DNA of 63,997 bases, counting the filler. It is 7 parts of 7 records of this genome, joined end to end, with 100 filler letters (N's around TTAATTAATTAA, not from the genome) between each part and the next. Parts side by side here need not be neighbours in the genome. Positions count along the whole stretch, not along the records: positions 5,700 to 18,215 come from SRR31147125_42566; positions 18,316 to 30,175 come from SRR31147125_42603; 5 more parts are not named here. The stretch is one strand, 5' to 3'. The notes under the pieces were generated by a model, which worked only from the letters and a program-made list of their open reading frames with translations, was not told the DNA's origin and did no database searches. Numbering within the stretch: position 1 is the stretch's first letter; each line of letters opens with the position of its first letter. Below are positions 10,057-20,705 of the stretch, one piece after another. The position numbers were made by a program, and so were the translations under genes.

Positions 10057-11007
10057 TTACTTCGTAACAATGGTTCCCGTTTTGCCGTCCAGTGCATCTA
10101 GGCATTTTGGAATTGATGTTATGATGGCTTTGTTTCCGCCTCTTTCTATGAATTCAATGACTGCTTCGATCTTTGGTTTCATGCTTCCTGCTGCGAATTC
10201 GCCGGCTTCTAGGTGTTTCTTTAGTTCGTCAACTGTGACTTCGCCCAGTCTCTTTTCGTTTTCGGTTCCAAAACCAGTGCAGACGTTTGATACGCTTGTT
10301 AAGATGACTAAAATGTCAGCGCTTATAAGTTCGGCGATTAATGCCGTTGATCTGTCTTTGTCGATTACACCTTCAATACCGTAGTAGTTTCCATGCCTGT
10401 TTAGTGCAACAGGGATTCCTCCACCGCCGCCAGCAATAACAACATGGCCTGCATCAAAGAGTTCCTTGATTGAGTTCTTTTCGCGGATATCAGTTGGAAG
10501 TGGAGATGGGACAACTCTTCTCCAGCCGCGGCCTGAGTCTTCCTTCATCTCCCAGCCTTTACCAGCCATTATGTCTGAGGCTTCACCCTGTGTGTAAAAT
10601 TTTCCAACTGGTTTACTTGGGTTTTTAAAAGCCTGGTCCTTAGGGTCAACTACAACTTGTGTGATTAAAGTAATGATGTTTTTCTTAATTTCCTTCTTTC
10701 TTAAATTGTTTTGAAGGACCTGCTGAATCATATATCCCATTCCGCCCTGAGTGTCTGCGACACAAGTATCCAGAGGAAGGGGGTATACAACATTCGATGC
10801 AAGTTCGCTTCGTAGAACTGTATTCCCAACTTGAGGTCCGTTTCCATGTGTGATCAAAAGTTTCTCGTAGCCGTTGGCTATAAGATTTGCCACATGTTCC
10901 ATGCTTTCATTTGTGGAGTAAAACTGCTCTGTGATTGTTCCTCGAACTCCTGGTTTACTGATTGCGTTTCCACCGAGTGCTATAACTATACTTGGTTTGT
11001 TGCTCAT
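10057..11007 (-). CDS. arcC: Carbamate kinase
   Basis: IVIALGGNA, THGNGPQVG, KPVG, RRVVPSP, GGGGIPV, VIDKD, GSMKPK; GGAG precedes the ATG at 11007. Confidence 0.95.
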   Translation of the reverse strand: MSNKPSIVIALGGNAISKPGVRGTITEQFYSTNESMEHVANLIANGYEKLLITHGNGPQVGNTVLRSELASNVVYPLPLDTCVADTQGGMGYMIQQVLQNNLRKKEIKKNIITLITQVVVDPKDQAFKNPSKPVGKFYTQGEASDIMAGKGWEMKEDSGRGWRRVVPSPLPTDIREKNSIKELFDAGHVVIAGGGGGIPVALNRHGNYYGIEGVIDKDRSTALIAELISADILVILTSVSNVCTGFGTENEKRLGEVTVDELKKHLEAGEFAAGSMKPKIEAVIEFIERGGNKAIITSIPKCLDALDGKTGTIVTK

Positions 11008-11020
11008 AATGTCTCCTTGA

Positions 11021-11932
11021 TTAGTGCTCAAATGTTTCGTAGATAAGGCCCCATCTGACTCCACGATCGCTTACAGTGACTTCATTAAAGCCAAAATCAT
11101 CCATAGTTGTTTTTAAGATAAGTGATCCTGGAAAGATAACGTCAGCTCTTTTTGGTTCTAGACCGGGGATTTTTCTCCGTTCTGAGATCGTCTTTGGTTT
11201 TAGATCCTTGATAATTGAACTGATTTCACGTTTTTTTAGAATATGGCCGTGCACTTCGTTATGATTGTATATTTCAAGTTCTAACTTTATAGCAGCCAGC
11301 GTCGTTGCAGTACCTGCTGTGGCCACTAGTTTTGTTTTCTTGTCCTTGTTGATCTTTTTTAAGTTTTTGATTTTCGAATCAATTTCACTGATCATCTCTT
11401 CGGTATCTTGGTTGTCTATTGGATCAGATTTTCCATAAGTTTCCTGTAAGGTAACACCGCCAAGATGAAGGCTTGTCATGTTTATTTTACCTGACTTATC
11501 CTTGAATATAAATTCCGTTGAACCACCACCAATATCGATAACGATAATATCATCACCAAAGTCTCTTGCAGAAGCCCTGAAGCTAAGGTCGGCTTCTCTT
11601 TCGCCTGATATAACTTTAATATCGAGAGAGGTTTCCTCTAGAGCTTTTTTAATAAAAGCCTTGCTGTTTTTGGCTTTTCGCATGGCAGCCGTGCCTACTG
11701 TTATGATTCTTTTTGCACCCAGTCTGTCGCAGGCTTGAGAGTATCTTGTTAAAACACCAATAGTTCTCTCCATTGCTTCGTCTGAGAAGTTTGGTTTTTT
11801 ACTTAGCCCTTCGCCGATTCGAGTGATAGTGGCCTCTTCATAAACAGGGACAATTTGATCGTCTCGTTTTTCGGCAATAGTCAAAAGAACTGAATTTGTT
11901 CCAATATCAATAGTAGCTATACGATTTTTCAT
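11021..11932 (-). CDS. ppx: Ppx/GppA exopolyphosphatase, short form
   Basis: IDIGTNS, GTAAMRKAKN, ISGEREA, DIGGGSTE, RADVI, GVRWG. Confidence 0.92.
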   Translation of the reverse strand: MKNRIATIDIGTNSVLLTIAEKRDDQIVPVYEEATITRIGEGLSKKPNFSDEAMERTIGVLTRYSQACDRLGAKRIITVGTAAMRKAKNSKAFIKKALEETSLDIKVISGEREADLSFRASARDFGDDIIVIDIGGGSTEFIFKDKSGKINMTSLHLGGVTLQETYGKSDPIDNQDTEEMISEIDSKIKNLKKINKDKKTKLVATAGTATTLAAIKLELEIYNHNEVHGHILKKREISSIIKDLKPKTISERRKIPGLEPKRADVIFPGSLILKTTMDDFGFNEVTVSDRGVRWGLIYETFEH

Positions 11933-11983
11933 AGACCTAGACCCCTAGCACAGTAGATATAACAGCGCAATAACCCACTAAAA

Positions 11984-12017
11984 AACCATTTACAACCCCA
12001 GGGGTTGGTAAATGGTT
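11984..12017. terminator. Hairpin, likely terminator of the HATPase-STAS operon
   Basis: AACCATTTACAACCCC-A-GGGGTTGGTAAATGGTT inverted repeat. Confidence 0.7.
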
Positions 12018-12032
12018 AATAATATTGTGTTT

Positions 12033-12323
12033 TTAAAGGAGGTTGCGGTTTTTGCAGACTTTTTCGAGGGTTATGGCATCATGTTTATTGATGTTTTTTA
12101 TGATTACAAGGTTTTCAAATTTGCTCTTATCCCAGCCATGTTCTGCCAGTTTTGCTATGCCTTCATCAAAAAATGATGTGCTGGCTATTATTTTATCAGA
12201 GAAATCGATTTCAACATTTTCGCCCTTTTCTTCACCGGCAATTATCATATTTCGGAGTTTTTCACCTGCTTCTCTTGTAATCCAGTCGTTTGGGAACTCT
12301 TTTTTGATATTTATTTTAATCAT
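12033..12323 (-). CDS. STAS-like domain protein (DUF4325-like)
   Basis: TREAGEKLR...VEIDFSDKIIASTSFFDEGIAKL; ATGA overlap with the upstream stop. Confidence 0.8.
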   Translation of the reverse strand: MIKINIKKEFPNDWITREAGEKLRNMIIAGEEKGENVEIDFSDKIIASTSFFDEGIAKLAEHGWDKSKFENLVIIKNINKHDAITLEKVCKNRNLL

Positions 12324-13156
12324 GATTTCTCCATATTGAATCTTGCAAAACACCATGTTCCAAATAGTGTATATCTAAGAATGTTTTTCTGAGCTTTTCT
12401 TGTTTTAAAGTATTTTCTTATCTGAGCATTTCTGCTGACAATGGTCAGCTTTCCCAGATGTCCCTTTAGAAGCTCAAAGAAATTGAATAAACCGAGACCT
12501 CCAGGTCTATTCCTTCTTGTGCCGACGCCTTTTTTTAAAGATAGAGCAAGATATTCCAAGTCATCGTTGCATGTGTATTTTTGACTTAGTTTTGTTGGGA
12601 TTCCTAGTCCCATATCGAGTACACCTAGGTGAAATTCATTATGCCAGGTTCCAGCGTAAAGATAATAACGTTCTGAAGTTGAGTGGTCGACACTGTTTTG
12701 CATTAACTCGTTAATTATAATAGATGAATCATAAAGAATGTCGTCAGATAAGATGTTTTTAAATTTATCTCGAATTCTTTCGGTGAAAAATGGATCTATT
12801 GAAGTTTGTTTTCTGGTTATTATAAGTGTATCGTTTTCAAAGTCATAATGATCTGTTGTTTTAAGAGGTTGGGTAGTGTCGATTTTGTAGATCTTATTTA
12901 AAAAAAGTTCTCTTTCTAGAAGTTTTGAAATGTTGAGGTTTTTCACCCGCTTTTTGTTCTCAATACATATGTCGAATATGATTGCTATAATTGCAAATCC
13001 AGCTGGAGTTATATGTTTTGTCTTTTTCCAGTCTAGGTGTAGTTCGGTTTTGTCTTTTGATGACCTTATGTATTCGAGTATTTTTAAAAATAGGTCTATT
13101 CGTCCATCACCGATGGTTATTGGTAATGAAAAGCTTTTCTTTTTAATGGTTGTCAT
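12320..13156 (-). CDS. HATPase_c (anti-sigma-type kinase-like) protein with an N-terminal STAS-like region
   Basis: N box INELMQNSVDHS, G1 VLDMGLGIP, G2 GGLGLF; no HisKA domain; N-terminal LHLDWKKTKHITPAG. Confidence 0.8.
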   Translation of the reverse strand: MTTIKKKSFSLPITIGDGRIDLFLKILEYIRSSKDKTELHLDWKKTKHITPAGFAIIAIIFDICIENKKRVKNLNISKLLERELFLNKIYKIDTTQPLKTTDHYDFENDTLIITRKQTSIDPFFTERIRDKFKNILSDDILYDSSIIINELMQNSVDHSTSERYYLYAGTWHNEFHLGVLDMGLGIPTKLSQKYTCNDDLEYLALSLKKGVGTRRNRPGGLGLFNFFELLKGHLGKLTIVSRNAQIRKYFKTRKAQKNILRYTLFGTWCFARFNMEKS

Positions 13157-13278
13157 TGCGACTAAATATATAGTCGCAAAATAGCATATAAGTCAATATA
13201 TATGTTAGAATATGTAAAGAAATAGATGTATCTATATGTTATTATTGACTAATATATGCGACTAAATATATAGTCGCA
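13157..13278. promoter_or_regulatory. Two identical 22-bp palindromes TGCGACTAAATATATAGTCGCA, putative operators
   Basis: Copies at 13157-13178 and 13257-13278, exactly 100 bp apart; outward-facing TTGACT boxes at 13191-13196 (-) and 13245-13250 (+). Confidence 0.7.
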
Positions 13279-13410
13279 ATATTAAGTGTTGCTGGTATTG
13301 ATAGGATGTCTAGATATTGAACAGCACTGAAATTTAATGCTATAAATAGCTAATAAATTCGAACACTTATCTCTTGTGTGTTTGGCAGATTCCTTGCTTT
13401 GTGTGCCTGC

Positions 13411-16400
13411 ATGCGAAATCTATCTATATTGTTGTTTGTTTCAATCTTTTTGATTTCACCGAATCTTTTCTCCAAGACCATAGATAAGGAAAGCGCCTAT
13501 GAAATTGGAAAGGCCTATCAGATGAAGGGGGTGGATAGTGCGATTTCGGGTTTGGTAAAGGGGCGGGTTCGGGAGTTTGTAAGGGAAAATATCAAAGAGA
13601 TGACTCTTCAGTCTTTTTTCGAATCGGACGCCAATCTTAAAAACAAAAATGCAAAAAAAGAAGAGATTAAAAAACGCCTAAAAGAGAAGATAAAGAAAGA
13701 GCTCCCCGGGTTGGTAAAGAAGGCCCTCTATGAAGAACTCTTTCTTGGAAAATATGGAGAAGAAGTCAAAGAGGCTAGGGAGACGATTGATAAAATAGTC
13801 TTTGAGCTTCAAAAGAGTTTCAATGAAAGGGCTGATGAGTTGATTGAGAAAGTCTACTCTCGAGCAATTGCTGAAATAGATGAATATTTGGATTATGATG
13901 TCGGACGAATAAATATAAATCTTACTGACATAAGATCAACATTAGATCAGGCGATAAGGTTGGATACAATTGAATGGACAGCGACCGATTTTTTGAGTGG
14001 ACTGATTGGCCAGTCGACGGCCGAAGGGTTGAGAAGTCGTTTTAAAGATATAATGGATGGTCAGTTGCCACCTGAAGCGATTAGGTATCTAGATTATGGG
14101 CCAGATAAGTTTGCAGAGTATGTATCAAAAACAAAAGAATATCTTCCTGCCGCGCAATTTCAGAAATTAAAAAATCAGATTCTGCATACACCACTCTTTA
14201 TAATTCCAAACGGTCTCTATGGTGGAATTCTTGCCAGCTCCGCTGCGAAGCACTTTGCTGCGGCTTTTAAAGGTGCGGTTGTTGATCCTTATGAGTTAAA
14301 GCGAGGAAAAGAAGTAACTGAAGTTATGATTTGGCAGCTTAGTAATAAAGAAGGGATAAGCGTCGATTTAGATTCGATGCTCGATGCCTTGAAGATGATT
14401 GGTGACAAGCTCGGAGTCGGTTTGAATGATTTTGGAGCAATAGGAAAGAATCTAAAGCTTGCAAAAGATAGGTTGAAAGAGATCGAATCCCAGGTCAAAA
14501 AGTTCGATGATTACATTTCGGGAAAGATTGATTGGGTAGAGAGTGAGATAAAAGAGAGTGCTCAAAAGATAAAAGATGAACTTTTAGAATTTCAAAATGA
14601 TATCTTTAAGCCTGCTATAGATATTTATAAAAAAGCCGACAAAAAAGTTGATGCAACGAAGAATAGTTTGTTGAATAAAATTCCAGAAAATTTTTATGGG
14701 ATTCCAGAAAATTGGGAAAATGCAAAGAAGCAATTCGGGATTGATAAGGGTGTTTTTGGAAAGATTGGAGAATATTCGCCTTGGGATGCTATGCAAAAAG
14801 CAGCTGAGGAGTTGGGTCTAAAAAAAGCATACGAGAAATTCAAAAAAGATATGAAGCGGACTGCCGATGATCTTAACGATGCCGTTTCTGGTGCATTATC
14901 TACAGTTGCGGTAAATGTCGTTGATGCCTTTGGTTTTACAGATAAATTAGGAAAAGCCCTAGGTATAGAAGATGTCCCAGCAAATAATCCTTCGATTGAG
15001 AATCCTCTCGATCCTGTCTTGCTTCACAATGGTGAGTTTTTCTATAAATCGATCGACTTGAGGGTTCCGGGCAGAGGCGTCAATTTTGAATTTTCTAGGG
15101 TCTATAGAAGTCGCGCTGATTTCGTAGGATTCGTTGGTTATAATTGGTTTTTCAATTATGAAGAGTCTCTTGTTGTTGGCGATAAAAATATAATCCATAT
15201 AGACGAAAATGGTTTGAAGTTTGAGTATCAGTTTAATGACAATGGTAGTGGCCTTTCAAGCGATGGGCCTCAGCTTCTAAAGTCTCCAAGAGGTGTCTTT
15301 AACGTTCTCCATAAAACATCAAATGGATATGTTTTGAGAAAACCTGATGGCTTCAAAATATATTTTGCAAAATCTGGTCATATGATTAAGCGGGAAGACC
15401 GTTTTGGGAATAATCTTAAGTTTCTTTATGACAAATTTGGAAGACTTAAAAAGGTTGTCGATTCTCTCGGGAGAGACTTCCACTTTTTGTATAATAAAAG
15501 AAGTTTTCTAAAAGAGGTTCGTGATTTTGCAGGAAGGTCGGTTTTTTTAGAATATAGTAGAGATGATGATCTTGTTTCAGTCACAGGCCCCAAATCTTTT
15601 GCCTATCCAAAAGGGAAGAGGAAACTCTATGCCTATTCTACAGGTTTTGATAAAGACGAGCTGGCTCATAATATGCTCAGAGTTATGGATCCAAAGGGGA
15701 ATATTTATCTTAAGATAGAGTATGGTAGCAGCTCTTGCGATTTTGATAGGGTTATCTTGCAGCAATACGGCAAGAGTGGAAAGCCAATAAGGGTGCTTTA
15801 TAAATTTCTAAAGCCTGCATTTTTAGAAAAGTTTTTGGGGGAAGGCCTAAATCACAATATCGATGAAGTTGTCTTGACTGATAGGTTGGGAGTAGAGCAT
15901 GTCTATCAACATAATGCTTATGGGAATCTTTTAAACGAGTACTTGGTAAGTGAAGTTGGTGATAGAAAACTATTGCGTAAAATTAGGTATAATAGTGAAG
16001 GGCTGGTTGTAGAATCTTTGGATAGAAAAGGTGTTTTAATTAAACATATCTACGACGAAAAGAATTCAGATCGTTCTGCTCAAGGTAATCTCGTTAAGAA
16101 GAGAACTCTCTCTAGAGATAGAGTTAAAGAGAGGGTTTCAAAGTATGCTTATGAGTCTGAATATAACAGGGTAAAATTTTATAGAGCTCCATCTGGAGTG
16201 ACGACTTCAGTTTCGTTTGATGAGGGTAACGAAACGGTTGTCAAGATTCAAGCTGGTGATGGAAGGCAAGAGAAAGAATATGGATATAGGCGAAATGAAT
16301 TTGGGGAGATTGTTTGGCGCAAAAATCCCGAAGGTTTTGAATATGAAGAGTTGTATCAGAAGGGACGTCTTGTTGAAGATGATTTTGGTAATAGATATGA

Positions 16401-18215
16401 TTATGATCTAGTTGGAAACATCATTTCAAAGATTGATCCAATGGAGAATAGGTATAGATATCATGTTGGTAATTTAAATCAGTTGATATCCGAAGTTGCT
16501 CCCGAACCGTTTAATTATAAGAGATTTTATTATTATGATGAAAACGATAATGTTTCTAAAATCATTTTTCAGAATGTTGGAAGTTTGAATAGGGACTTTG
16601 TTGGCAAAGAGGTCTCATATCGCTACGAATATGATGATTTAGATCGCTTAATTGCTCTTGAAAAACAAGTTGATAAGGAAAAGTCGATTGTGAACAGGTG
16701 GCTTTATGATGCTGAAGGGAGGCTAATTCAAGAGATTTACCCAGAGGACAATTCTAAAAAATATTTTTATAGCAATTTAGGCGATTTGATTAGGGTGGAG
16801 AGTGGAGTGAAAGGTGAACGTGTCCAAGCGACAACCTTTAGATATAATAGTTATGGTGATTTGATTGAAGTGAAAAAATCAGGTGGTGCTGTAGAGAAGA
16901 TATCCCATGATAAGTGGGGAAGGGTCCAAAGCATTCTTTTATCGAGTGGAAGTTTGAAAACATTTCAGTACAATATTTTTGATAAGGTAAAATCGGTATC
17001 TCTAGTTGATAAATATGGCGATTTGCTATCAAAAGCAGAAGATGTTTTCGATGGGCTTGGTAGGGTTGTAGAAGAAAGACGACTGCTTTTTGATGATTCT
17101 CCAGACGAATCAAAATGGGTTTCTAAGAGATATCAGTATAACAAGAATGATAGTGTTGTGGAGATAATTGATGAAAATGGAAACAGTTGGGGATATAAAT
17201 ATAATAAGTATGGAAAGATTTCTGAAGTAAAGGACCCTATTGGCAACAGTGCCCTCTATAATTACGACAAAGTTCAAAAATTAACTCAGGTTCAATTTAT
17301 CTCCAACTCTGGGGATGTTCGGACTACCAAATATCGACACGATTCACTGGGTCGTCTCGTAAGTCTTGAAGAGCCAAACGACTCTCAAACAACATTTAAG
17401 TATGATAGTTTTGATAATGTTATTTCAAAAATAAGTCCTAGAGGGTTTCAGGTCCAGTTTTTATATGATGGGATTGGTCGTTTATTGGAGTCAAGATCGG
17501 AAATCAAGGGAGGCGAGTTTGCGGATACAAAATATCAATGGGACGATAATAGTAGGCTTAAGAAAATAACAGATGCAAACGGAAATTCCACAACCTACTC
17601 CCATGATCCCTTAGATAGATTACGTTCTACAGTCTATGCCGATGGTACTGTTGCAAGGTATAGCTATGACTTAGCTGGTAATCTTGTTTTTCATCAAAAG
17701 CCTGGCGGAGAAAAGGTTTTTAACCTTTATGATTTGTCGGGAAATATTGTTAGTAGAAGAACTTGGGGAGATTTAATAAAGGGTTCGTCTTGGCAATGGT
17801 TTTCGTACGACGGGATGGATCGTCTTGTAAGTTCCTTTGATAACAATAATGCAAGCGATGATTCAGATGATGTCCTAGCGTTTTATAAATACGATTCATT
17901 GTCGAGAAAGGTTGGAGAGGCGGTTAATGGAAAATGGGTTTCAACAAAGTTTGATTTATTAGGGAATCCAATAATAAAGAAGTATCCCTCTGGAAAGTTG
18001 CTCTATACAAATTATGATTCACTAGGTCACATTGAATCACAATTTTTTGACGGAAAAAAAGTGATAAAAAATGTGTTCCGAGGGGCGGGTCAGCTTGTCT
18101 CAACTGGATTCGGTAATAATCTCGAGTTGAATTTTAACTATTCAGATTCAGGTGAGCTTATTGAGGAACTTTTAATTAAAAATTCCTTGTCATCCTCGGG
18201 CTTGACCCGGGGATC
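13411..18215 (+). CDS. RHS/YD-repeat protein with a Sec signal peptide, a long helical N-terminus and DUF6531; 3' truncated
   Basis: MRNLSILLFVSIFLISPNLFS-K; DPVLLHNGEFFYKSIDLRVPGRGVNFEFSRVYRS; many YDxxGR/YDxxGN repeats. Confidence 0.9.
18189..18215. repeat. REP/RPE-like palindromic element at the contig end
   Basis: GTCATCCTCGGGCTTGACCCGGGGATC is a GC-rich hairpin in AT-rich CDS; the assembly breaks here. Confidence 0.6.
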
Positions 18216-18315
18216 NNNNNNNNNNNNNNNNNNNNNNNNNNNNNNNNNNNNNNNNNNNNTTAATTAATTAANNNNNNNNNNNNNNNNNNNNNNNNNNNNN
18301 NNNNNNNNNNNNNNN
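18216..18315. other. Artificial contig spacer
   Basis: N run + TTAATTAATTAA + N run. Confidence 0.99.
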
Positions 18316-18990
18316 TGTCGAATCTGAGAATTCATGACTGAAGAGGTTCTTATCAGATAAATTTTTTTGCGACGCATATTGGATCATGGTTTGATATTCT
18401 TGGTGGGTATCGGCGTCCATGACCACGGCTGGATCGTCGATACCGATTTTCAAAATTGAATTTTCATATTTGGTAAAAAGCGCTCTTGCCCCCATATCCC
18501 CTTCAATCCCCATCAGTTCGGGAAACAGGCGATGATGAATGATCACCGGATTTCCTCTCTTTTCGTCAAAAAAGGGAATTCCGATGGGAGACGATGTTTC
18601 GTTGAATGAGAGGATCATCCGATTGATGATGCCTTCATGAACCAGGGGCTGATCCGAAAGAAGAAACATGGCGGCCCGGCACTGTTCCGGGAGCTGTTCC
18701 ACCCCTTTTTTTACGGAGGAACTTTGCCCCTGACGCCATTGGTCATTGATGATGGTCTGAACCGATAATTCATCCGGTTGCAGTCTTCTCAAAATATCAT
18801 CGGCACGATATCCCAATACCACAATCACGGGATCCAAGTCGGACTTCAATGCATTGTGAATGACCTGCCCGAGAAGTGTGGTATTCTTGAAAGGCATCAG
18901 TTGTTTAACCCGTGATCCCATACGGCTCCCCTGCCCTGCCGCCGGAATGATACCGGCAATGGTTGATGAAAAATCCGGGCTCATGGTCAT
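18316..18990 (-). CDS. mocA: MocA-like molybdenum cofactor cytidylyltransferase; stop codon not seen
   Basis: IIPAAGQGSRMG..KQL, GQSSSV, LSDQP, RGNPV, GDMGAR, DADT. Confidence 0.85.
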
Positions 18991-18997
18991 GGGTTCA

Positions 18998-19810
18998 TCA
19001 GTCTCCTTTGAGATGGGTAATCCTGTACGTGTCTCGGTGCAGTGACCCTAAAATCACTCGATCCACATTCAGCGGCGGATCTTTTTCCAAGGCGCATAAC
19101 ATTTCGTATCCCGCTTTTTTTCTAAAATCGTTATCAGCCTTGTTCAAAAAAATCGACAAAGAGGCTGTGTCCGGCATCTCCCTCTTTGTCTTGATCAGCG
19201 ACACTTCATGGCGGAGCAATCGATCGATGCTCTCCGAAGTGATGGGCTTGTTTATCGGGATTTCACTGATTTCAGAGATCCGGCGCGCCCTGAAGACGTT
19301 CTCATCATTGAGGGGTAACCCCATCGCATCCAGCCCTGTCACCATCACGCAAGCGCTGGTGACAGAGGGAATGACCGGTTCGTGGGATTCACACGCTTTG
19401 ATGGGTTTACCTCTTGCGCCATCGGCTTCCACAAGAATCCAGTCAAACACTTCCGCGCGATATAACGTATCCACCTGCCTGGAAGTCAATCCTTTTAGTT
19501 TTGTTCTATCTTGATTTTTCGGATCGTCAATTGGTTTGCAGGCAGCGGTCAGATGATTCATGCCGGCCAAAGCCCGTTGCGATTTTCCGATGATCTTTTC
19601 AACCGACTCCGAAACAATCACGGTGGAGGATTCCTGGGGCGTCGGCATAAAAATCTTGGTTGTGGTCGTCGTGAGAACCGTTTTCCCACAAGCAGCCAGC
19701 TCTTTGGCCAGCTGGTACATCAATGTGGTTTTCCCGCCGGCCCCCACAATGGAGACCACCCCCGTCTCTTTTAAACCGAGGACGTCATGTAATTTCATGG
19801 GTAACTTCAT
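18998..19810 (-). CDS. yqeC: Selenium-dependent molybdenum hydroxylase accessory protein YqeC
   Basis: VSIVGAGGKTT, TTTTKI, VEADGARGKPIKA..HEPVIP; adjacent to mocA-like gene. Confidence 0.88.
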   Translation of the reverse strand: MKLPMKLHDVLGLKETGVVSIVGAGGKTTLMYQLAKELAACGKTVLTTTTTKIFMPTPQESSTVIVSESVEKIIGKSQRALAGMNHLTAACKPIDDPKNQDRTKLKGLTSRQVDTLYRAEVFDWILVEADGARGKPIKACESHEPVIPSVTSACVMVTGLDAMGLPLNDENVFRARRISEISEIPINKPITSESIDRLLRHEVSLIKTKREMPDTASLSIFLNKADNDFRKKAGYEMLCALEKDPPLNVDRVILGSLHRDTYRITHLKGD

Positions 19811-19857
19811 GGGTTTGTTCGGACGATTCTACCAATGGACCCTTGCCATGCAGCGGC

Positions 19858-20550
19858 TTATGTTCCGCTTGCTTCCAAAAGGGCATTCCCACTGATCTCA
19901 TCGAGCACATCCGGAATGGAAAGTAGAAAATTCATGGCATCGAGAACATGCTCACTCATCAGGCTGCAGGCTTTGTCTTTTTTCCTCTCTTTGATCATTT
20001 CAACAATCTCTCGATGATATGCCGAGGATTTCTCCAAATGTTCTTTATAATGGAGTGTCCGATAGCTGAATCGTCTAATTTGTTTATGTAAATTGGATGC
20101 CACCGTTTTTAACCGGTGGTTACCTGCAATCTCCATAATCATGATATGAAATTGTCCATGCAATTTTTGATAGTTTAAGATATCACTATCGGCACTGTCC
20201 GTGATGTCGCTCATTTGATTCACAAAATCGAGTAAATCTTCTGTTTGATCCGTGGTGATTCGATCCATTGCAAGATCGGTTGCCAGAGCATAAAGAGAGG
20301 CTTTCAAGGTATACACCTCCCAGATGTCTTCTTCCGACAACTCAACGACAAATGTTCCTTTTCGTGGTTTTCGAATCACCAAGCCCTGGCCTTCCAAGGT
20401 TTGAAACGCCTCTCTGACAGGGGGGCGACTGATATCCAATTTTGCTGCAATATCATCTTCTTTAATCTGTTGACCCGGTTTCAGCTCGTTCGTTACGATC
20501 AATTGTTCGATATAGCGTGTTGTCATTTCTGCAAGTGACTCAACTCTCAT
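19858..20550 (-). CDS. GntR-family regulator (FadR/VanR type, FCD domain)
   Basis: LKPGQQIKE...ISRPPVREA...LEGQGLV; FH..IMEIAGN..L; His residues typical of the FCD domain. Confidence 0.93.
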   Translation of the reverse strand: MRVESLAEMTTRYIEQLIVTNELKPGQQIKEDDIAAKLDISRPPVREAFQTLEGQGLVIRKPRKGTFVVELSEEDIWEVYTLKASLYALATDLAMDRITTDQTEDLLDFVNQMSDITDSADSDILNYQKLHGQFHIMIMEIAGNHRLKTVASNLHKQIRRFSYRTLHYKEHLEKSSAYHREIVEMIKERKKDKACSLMSEHVLDAMNFLLSIPDVLDEISGNALLEASGT

Positions 20551-20591
20551 AACGCTGTTCCTTCAAATATGTAAAATGAAACTCAAAAAAA

Positions 20592-20611
20592 GTCTATTGT
20601 ATACAGAAAAA
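20592..20611. promoter_or_regulatory. Putative GntR operator 1, upstream of gntR
   Basis: GTCTATTGTATACAG overlaps a minus-strand TTGACT-N18-TACAAT promoter. Confidence 0.65.
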
Positions 20612-20705
20612 AACCAATCAGTCAACAATGATCCACGTACTTCCAAATGATCCAGGCACGTCCATTGGATGGAATGGATGGCGCCGAGAGAACGCCGTCC
20701 TTGTG

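Noticed and set aside
13157-13278. Minimal CRISPR array
   Set aside because: Only two 22-bp copies with a 78-bp spacer containing promoter-like boxes; no cas genes
5700-18215. Genome-wide TAG recoding in contig 2
   Set aside because: The conserved genes and the long RHS frame have no internal TAG; only one in-frame case was seen
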